Assembly (NCBI GenBank): GCA_951406725.2
Contig: OX597821.1
Location: 67,828,001 to 67,892,000 of the forward strand
DNA: 64,000 nt
Direction of reading: 5' to 3'
Source of the DNA: Octopus vulgaris
Taxonomy: Eukaryota
The notes below the pieces were generated by a model. The model worked only from the letters and a program-made list of their open reading frames with translations. It had not been told where the DNA came from and made no database searches. Shown piece by piece: positions 57,640 through 64,000 of the stretch. Every line of letters begins with the position of its first letter. Position 1 is the first letter of the stretch. Position numbers and translations under genes: made by a program.

Positions 57640-57645
57640 CATTCG

Positions 57646-57706
57646 GGTCACTGCCTGGATTCGAACTCGGAATCTTGGGGTTAGTAAACCACTACGCCAT
57701 ATGCTC
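57646..57706 (-). promoter_or_regulatory. tRNA-like Pol III module just downstream of the PLE ORF stop
   Basis: A box TGGCGTAGTGG, B box GAGTTCGAATCC. Confidence 0.7.
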
Positions 57707-57735
57707 GTGGGCAATTAAGGAGCGAATTTTAGGGC

Positions 57736-58092
57736 TTATAAATCTAATATTCTCCTATCCTTCCTTAATACCGATTCCCATATGCTCTTCACATCTGCAC
57801 TCGGTCTGCTTAGGAGGTTGTTGTATCCTAGCATATGTGCTGCTTCTTTTAGTTTTTGTATTTTCCAGTGGTGTTCTCTGTCTATTATTTTAACTTCATC
57901 CCACACACACACACATATATATATATATATGGTGGTTTCCATTTTTGAATACATGATTAGCTATACCCGATTTATCAATATCTCCCCGTGTCACAGCTTT
58001 GAGATGTTCCGCCTTTGTATAACCTACCACAGCTGCATGGGATGGAGTACACGCAGTCTTTGGTCATATTCTCTTCTATTGGTGGTTTTACT
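57736..58092 (-). pseudogene. Penelope-like GIY-YIG endonuclease
   Basis: VKPPIEENMTKDCVYSIPCSCGRLYKG / EHLKAVTRGDIDKSGIANHVFKNGNH / WDEVKIIDREHHWKIQKLKEAAHMLGYNNLLSRPS...IWESVL; broken by a deletion and a microsatellite. Confidence 0.9.
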
Positions 58093-58329
58093 GTATTTTG
58101 TACTTTTATTTTAAGATGAATGGCGATTGCCCACCCCGTCCATCAAATCATCCCTACATGAGTAGACATATGATCAGAGATACCACATGTAACGATACTG
58201 TTTCTTCATGCTCCGTACTGTCAACCTGATCGCCCCAGAACAACACCATAAATTATTTTGTACATTTCTTTTAAGATGGTAGGCGCGTTGTGTCGACGTA
58301 AATATACCATCATTGGGGAAACCATACCC

Positions 58330-58520
58330 TTTACTCTTTTACTCTTTTACATGTTTCAGTCATTTGACTGTGGCCATGCTGGAGCAAATCGACCCCAGGA
58401 CTTATTCTATTGGTATCTTTTGCCGAACCGCTAGGTTATGGGTACCTAAACACACAAGCATCGTTTGTCAAACGATTTTGGGGGACAAACACAGATACGC
58501 AAACATATACACACACATAC

Positions 58521-58604
<84 letters not shown>

Positions 58605-58762
58605 GACGGGCTTCTTTCAGTTTCCGTCTACCAAATACGCTCACAAGGCTTTGGTCGGCCCGAGGCGATACTAGAAGACACTTGCCCAAGGTGCCACGCA
58701 GTGGGACTGAAGGCGGAACCATGTGGTTGGAAAGCAAGCTACTTACCACACAGCCACTCCTA
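58330..58762 (-). mobile_element. SINE family A
   Basis: Head, core and tail are present. Confidence 0.87.
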
Positions 58763-59232
58763 CAACTATATTTACTTTTGAAATGGATTGTTTATTCAGA
58801 AATTCAGTGCACTAAATCATGATGATGTAACCGTTGTTAATGATGATTGTGATGACAATCTCGCTGACTACGACGACTACGGTTTTTTTCCCCCATCCTG
58901 TCTTGTTCCGAATTCGAATCTTGTCGTCACCAGCTGATCTGTTTTCATCATCCTTAGGTCAAATAAGTACATAGCTGTCGTTGTTTACTCCTTGCGGTCA
59001 TTCAACTTATTGATTTCTTCTACGATTCTCCTCTAAACCATAACTTATCGATGCAGATCTTTCACTATAAGGTGAATTAGCAGAGTCGTTAGAGAATTAG
59101 ATGCAATACCTTGCGGTGTTTGTTCCAGCTCTCTGTACTCTCAGTTGAAACCCCGCCGGGATCACCTTCGTCTTTCATTTTTATGGAGTTGATTAATAAA
59201 GTACGATTCATGTACAGACGTCAATTCCTCGG

Positions 59233-59295
<63 letters not shown>

Positions 59296-59308
59296 GTTCT
59301 CTGTGTGC

Positions 59309-59379
<71 letters not shown>

Positions 59380-59490
59380 ATGAGATAGGGGTTGAAAATT
59401 CAAATGGTGTAATAAAGTAATGTTTGGGTATCATCTGATAGTTGATGTTTTATTGATTTAAGTATGTTTCTCCATTTTCTAATTTTGTAG

Positions 59491-59570
<80 letters not shown>

Positions 59571-59653
59571 GTCTATCTATTTATCTCTCTCCTTTCTCTC
59601 TCTTTATCTATCTCTCCCCCTATCTCTCGCTCTCGCTCTCTCTCTCTGGTAGT

Positions 59654-59697
<44 letters not shown>

Positions 59698-59966
59698 TGT
59701 GTTCGTGTTTGTGTCATTCTGTTTGTCCTTCACACATTTTGTAAACTAGTTTTCAATTGTTTCCACCCCCCATACATTTATCGCTTCGGCAAACGAGATC
59801 CGTTAAAGTATCAAACTTGAAAAGAAATACTAGGATCGATATATCTCACCAATCCCTTTCATGGCAGTGCCCCAATTTGGCTGCAGACCAAATAATGAAA
59901 CAAGTATGAGAACTCAACAACAAGCAACAACGAAGATATAAGCATTTAATATTTCATGCCATAACG

Positions 59967-60965
59967 ACAGCGAGCTGGCAGAATCGTTACCGAGCTGTGG
60001 AAAATGCTTAGCAGCCATTTCTTCCGACTTTACGGTCTGAGTTCAAATTCCACCAAGGTCGACTTTGTCTTTCATCCCTTTCGAGGTTGATAGAATAAGT
60101 ACCAATTGAGCCCTGGGGTCGTAGTAATCGACTTATTCTATTCTTCCAAAAGTGCTGGCCTTGTATCAAAATTTGAAAACAATATTTGATGCCTTGAAAA
60201 AACTGCTTGACAGAATTTCTACAGTCATTTACGTTTTGAGTTCAAATACCACCGAAATCGACTTTTTCCTTCTATCCTTTCGGGGTCGATAAAATAAGTA
60301 CCAACTGAGCATTGGGGTTGTAGTAATCGACTTACCCCATTTCTACAAAATTGCTGGTCTTGTACCAAAATATGAAAACAATATTTTTCATGCTTTGAAA
60401 AAAATACTTAACAGAATTTCTTGACCTCTTTACGTTTTGAGTTCAGATTCCACCGAAATCGACTTTTCTTTCTATCCTTTCGGAGTCGATAAGATAAGTA
60501 CCAATTGAGCAGTGGGGTTGTAGTAATCGACTTACCCCATTTCTCCAAAATTTCGGGTCTTGTGCCAAAATATGAAACCAATATTTTTCATGCTTTGAAA
60601 AAAAATACATAACGGAATTTCTTCAGTTCGATACCTACTCAGTTCAAAATCTACCGAGGCTGAATTTACCCTTCATTCTTTCAGGGTGGATAAAATAAGT
60701 ACCAGTTGAGGACTAAAGGCAATATGATCGACTAGCCTCAGCCCTAAAAATTACTGGCTTTATACCAAAATTCGAAACCGTTATTCCAATGCCAAAAGAC
60801 GGTGAGCTGGCAGAATCATTTCATAATTCCTTATGTTCTGAGTCCAAATCCTGCTGAGATCGGCTTTGCTTTTCCTCCTATCGAGGACCTACTGAGCATT
60901 TGGGTCGATGTAATCGACTTACCACCTACCCCGAACTTGCGGACCTCGGGACCAAATTCGTAACC
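59967..60965 (+). repeat. Head-to-tail array of five ~200-bp SINE B units
   Basis: The GAGTTCAAAT-like B box recurs at about 60039, 60238, 60439, 60640 and 60840. Confidence 0.85.
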
Positions 60966-61172
60966 AAAGTTTCAATTTCATATTAGTTTGCTTTTTCTTT
61001 TGTTGTTGTTGTGGGTGGTTGTGGTATTCAGCATTCAACAGCTGTGATCAGGCACGTCTAAGAGCAATGACGCTCCATCCATGACTATCAATTTTATTTC
61101 TTTCATTTTAGGCATAGTGTTTGTTTTATTTGGCACTATATTATCTAGTGTTTCATGTTTTTTGAGTGGTAA

Positions 61173-61333
61173 GGACGATGATGATGAAGATGATGATAAT
61201 GATGACGACGACAACGACAACGACGGCGGCGACGATGATGATGATGACGATGATGATAATGACGATGACGACGATGATGATGACAATGATGGTGATGATG
61301 GTAATGATGAAAATGATTGTAATGATGACGACA

Positions 61334-61368
<35 letters not shown>

Positions 61369-61420
61369 AACGATGATGACGACGACGACGATGATGATGA
61401 TGATCATCATTATCATCATG
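61173..61420. repeat. Degenerate (GAT/GAC)n microsatellite
   Basis: Seen directly. Confidence 0.9.
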
Positions 61421-61583
61421 AAAGCATTGAGACAAAAGCAGGCGACAGGAGACGGGCGCCAAGATTATTCACACCACCTCCGCTTCATAACCCTTCTCAA
61501 TTTCAAGGAAAAGTGAATATTGGCGTGTGTATGTCTATATGTAAGGACGTGTATCTCTATGAATATGCTTGCATATATATATA

Positions 61584-61712
<129 letters not shown>

Positions 61713-62265
61713 ATGTATGTTATATGTATATGTATATATATATACATATATACGTAGGTGTATGAGGTAGAAATATTATTTGTAAGATGAGACCAAATTA
61801 TGACAACGAAGCGATGTTCTTTTCGTTGTTGTTGTTGTTATTTGTGGTGGTGGTGGTGGTGGTTTTGTTACGGGTGCCACTGGTAGGGGATACGCGATGG
61901 CGACGGTGGTAGCGGCGTTGGTGGTGTTAACACATGTCAGTGCTAAATATAACATCAAGTAGTCGCTGTCATATATAAAGTTTTATGAAAATAAACGGGA
62001 GTCGGATGAAAGCTTGGTTTCTAAATATTTTACATATTCTGTCACCACTACCGACTTCCTTCATCTCAATTTCGTATGGCCATTTGTCACAACTTAAGAA
62101 TTTCTGCGCTGGAACCGGGTGGAGGTGTGTATGTGACATTATATGATATATGATAATTCGTGCTTATTTGTTTGTTCTGGGGGTCGTTTTTATGATATGT
62201 GGATTGCAGGATGTCTTTGATTTAGCAGACTTATCATTAGAGGCGTTCCAACCATGAACATTGTG

Positions 62266-62501
62266 TTTAGAGTTGGCCAAAAGTCACCTGGCAGTAAATG
62301 AAAGCAATTTAATTCCAAGATTTATTTATGTTTAACAACTGAATGAATTTGATAAAAGTGTCTAAATATGAAACATCATGAAATTTGTTGAAATTGAAAG
62401 CCTTCTTGAGTGACAAATTTTTCCATTCGAGTCATGCAGAAGTACAGATGCTGTTTATGGAATTTTGATTTACTGTCGGGTGACTTTTGGCCAACTCCAA
62501 A
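62266..62501. mobile_element. MITE with mariner-like TIRs
   Basis: GAGTTGGCCAAAAGTCACCTGGCAGTAAAT / ATTTACTGTCGGGTGACTTTTGGCCAACTC. Confidence 0.75.
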
Positions 62502-62665
62502 TATATTCTTTTATTTGTTTCAGACATGCTTTGTAAACCTAGTATTTATTCTATCGGTGTTATGCTGAACCGCTAAGTTACGGGGACGTAAACACGCCAG
62601 CATCGGTTGTCAAGCGATGCTGGAGGGACAAATACAGACACAGAAACACACACATACACATATGC

Positions 62666-62732
<67 letters not shown>

Positions 62733-62830
62733 TAACAACGGTAAGATAACAAAAGAAAGAAAGAGACCTCAATATTATGTAAATAGAGGAAAATTATCTA
62801 TAAAATAATGTTACAATTACTCAATAGTCA

Positions 62831-62893
62831 AGATAAAACTCTGAGTTTCAGATGCCGAAGTGGAAATCCACAACACCATCTCTTCGGTTATCT
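62831..62893 (-). ncRNA. Type I hammerhead motif, core CCGAAGA
   Basis: AGAUAA-CCGAAGA-GAUG...GUGGA-uu-UCCAC...CAUC-U-GAAAC-UCAGA-GUU-UUAUCU. Confidence 0.78.
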
Positions 62894-63718
62894 GGCCATC
62901 TGAAAGAACGCTATGAAAAAATACCGTTATATAAAGGGAAATTACTGTGTTATAATTATATAAAATAAGATTAAAATTTCATAGTAAAACACGTAAAACA
63001 TGGCTAGTCATACGCTTACATGTGTGCTCGCGAATCCACGTTCGTATTTATACGTCACTATGAAAACGTACACATCTTCACTCGCATTTTTCGCCAAATA
63101 TATACGCATATATATACAAACTCGTACACACACACATGCGTACCGTAAAAGTTCATACATACGTCTATATACGCACAAGCACAAGAAAAACCATGGTTAA
63201 AGGTAACATAAAAAAAAAACATAAGGAAGCATAAAAACAACGTTCATATACGGACATACCCTTATGCACTCATACACAGACATGCCCTTATATGTACATA
63301 CCCGCACATGTTTATATATGCATACACACACACGCATATACAAAAAATTAATATACATATGCCCCCACCAAAAAAAACCCTAAAAAAATGGAAAAATACT
63401 AAGTAAAAACGTCTATATATATATTTGCATTTTTATGCCCGCACACACGCACATATCTAAACTTTACGGTACGCATGTGTGTGTGTATGAGTTTGTATAT
63501 ATATGCGTATATATTTGGCGAAAAATGCGAGTGAAGATGTGTACGTTTTCATAGTGACGTATAAATACGAACGTGGATTCGCGAGCGCACATGTAAGCGT
63601 ATGACTAGCCATGTTTTACGTGTTTTACTATGAAATTTTAATCTTATTTTATATAATTATAACACAGTAATTTCCCTTTATATAACGGTATTTTTTCATA
63701 GCGTTCTTTCAGATGGCC

Positions 63719-63781
63719 AGATAACCGAAGAGATGGTGTTGTGGATTTCCACTTCGGCATCTGAAACTCAGAGTTTTATCT
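63719..63781 (+). ncRNA. Type I hammerhead motif, inverted identical copy
   Basis: Same sequence as 62831-62893. Confidence 0.78.
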
Positions 63782-63806
63782 TGACTATTGAGTAATTGTA
63801 ACATAT

Positions 63807-63856
<50 letters not shown>

Positions 63857-63972
63857 CACGGTTGAAGCTACATGCCAAGGGCAGAAATCACGTGCTTTCG
63901 TGTGGGAATTTGTGTGTTTTTTTACTATAAATAAATGAAAGAATGGAGTCGAACGACGATTTAACAAAATTC

Positions 63973-64000
63973 CTTTATTCTGGACATATGTTTCGAAGAC
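63973..64000 (-). ncRNA. Probable hammerhead 3' half cut by the window edge
   Basis: UCGAAAC-AUAU-GUC-CAG-AAUAAA. Confidence 0.5.

Larger units (their letters stand above)
62799..63815. mobile_element. Young ~350-bp inverted repeat of an HHR-bearing PLE-like terminus between (TA)n tracts
   Basis: 62799-63149 versus 63463-63815 show only a few differences. Confidence 0.9.

Noticed and set aside
59967-60965. CRISPR-like array
   Set aside because: Units are homologous along their whole length with no unique spacers; eukaryotic context and no cas genes.

Overview
AT-rich, microsatellite-saturated eukaryotic DNA with no supportable host gene. The repeat families resemble those of octopus/coleoid cephalopods (inference). 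Almost all ORFs in the track are simple-repeat artefacts. The real content is mobile DNA: tRNA-derived SINEs (CORE-type, Nin/Deu-domain type, and a third type with swapped tails); LINE fragments (CR1/L2-like, RTE-like, R4/Dong-like); Tc1/mariner, piggyBac and probable Merlin-type elements and MITEs; and Penelope-like element (PLE) remnants including a GIY-YIG endonuclease. The main signal is about 15 type I hammerhead ribozyme (HHR) motifs from several families, mostly inside (TA)n tracts and often paired with an inverted copy. The best case is a 484-bp-period partial tandem at 12986-13874 with two identical, core-intact HHRs and a highly structured monomer, i.e. a retrozyme/circular-RNA-like unit. 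A second system is a PLE 3' region with a tRNA-Arg-like Pol III module between the GIY-YIG stop codon and an HHR. All alignments and foldings were done by eye; many repeat boundaries are approximate.
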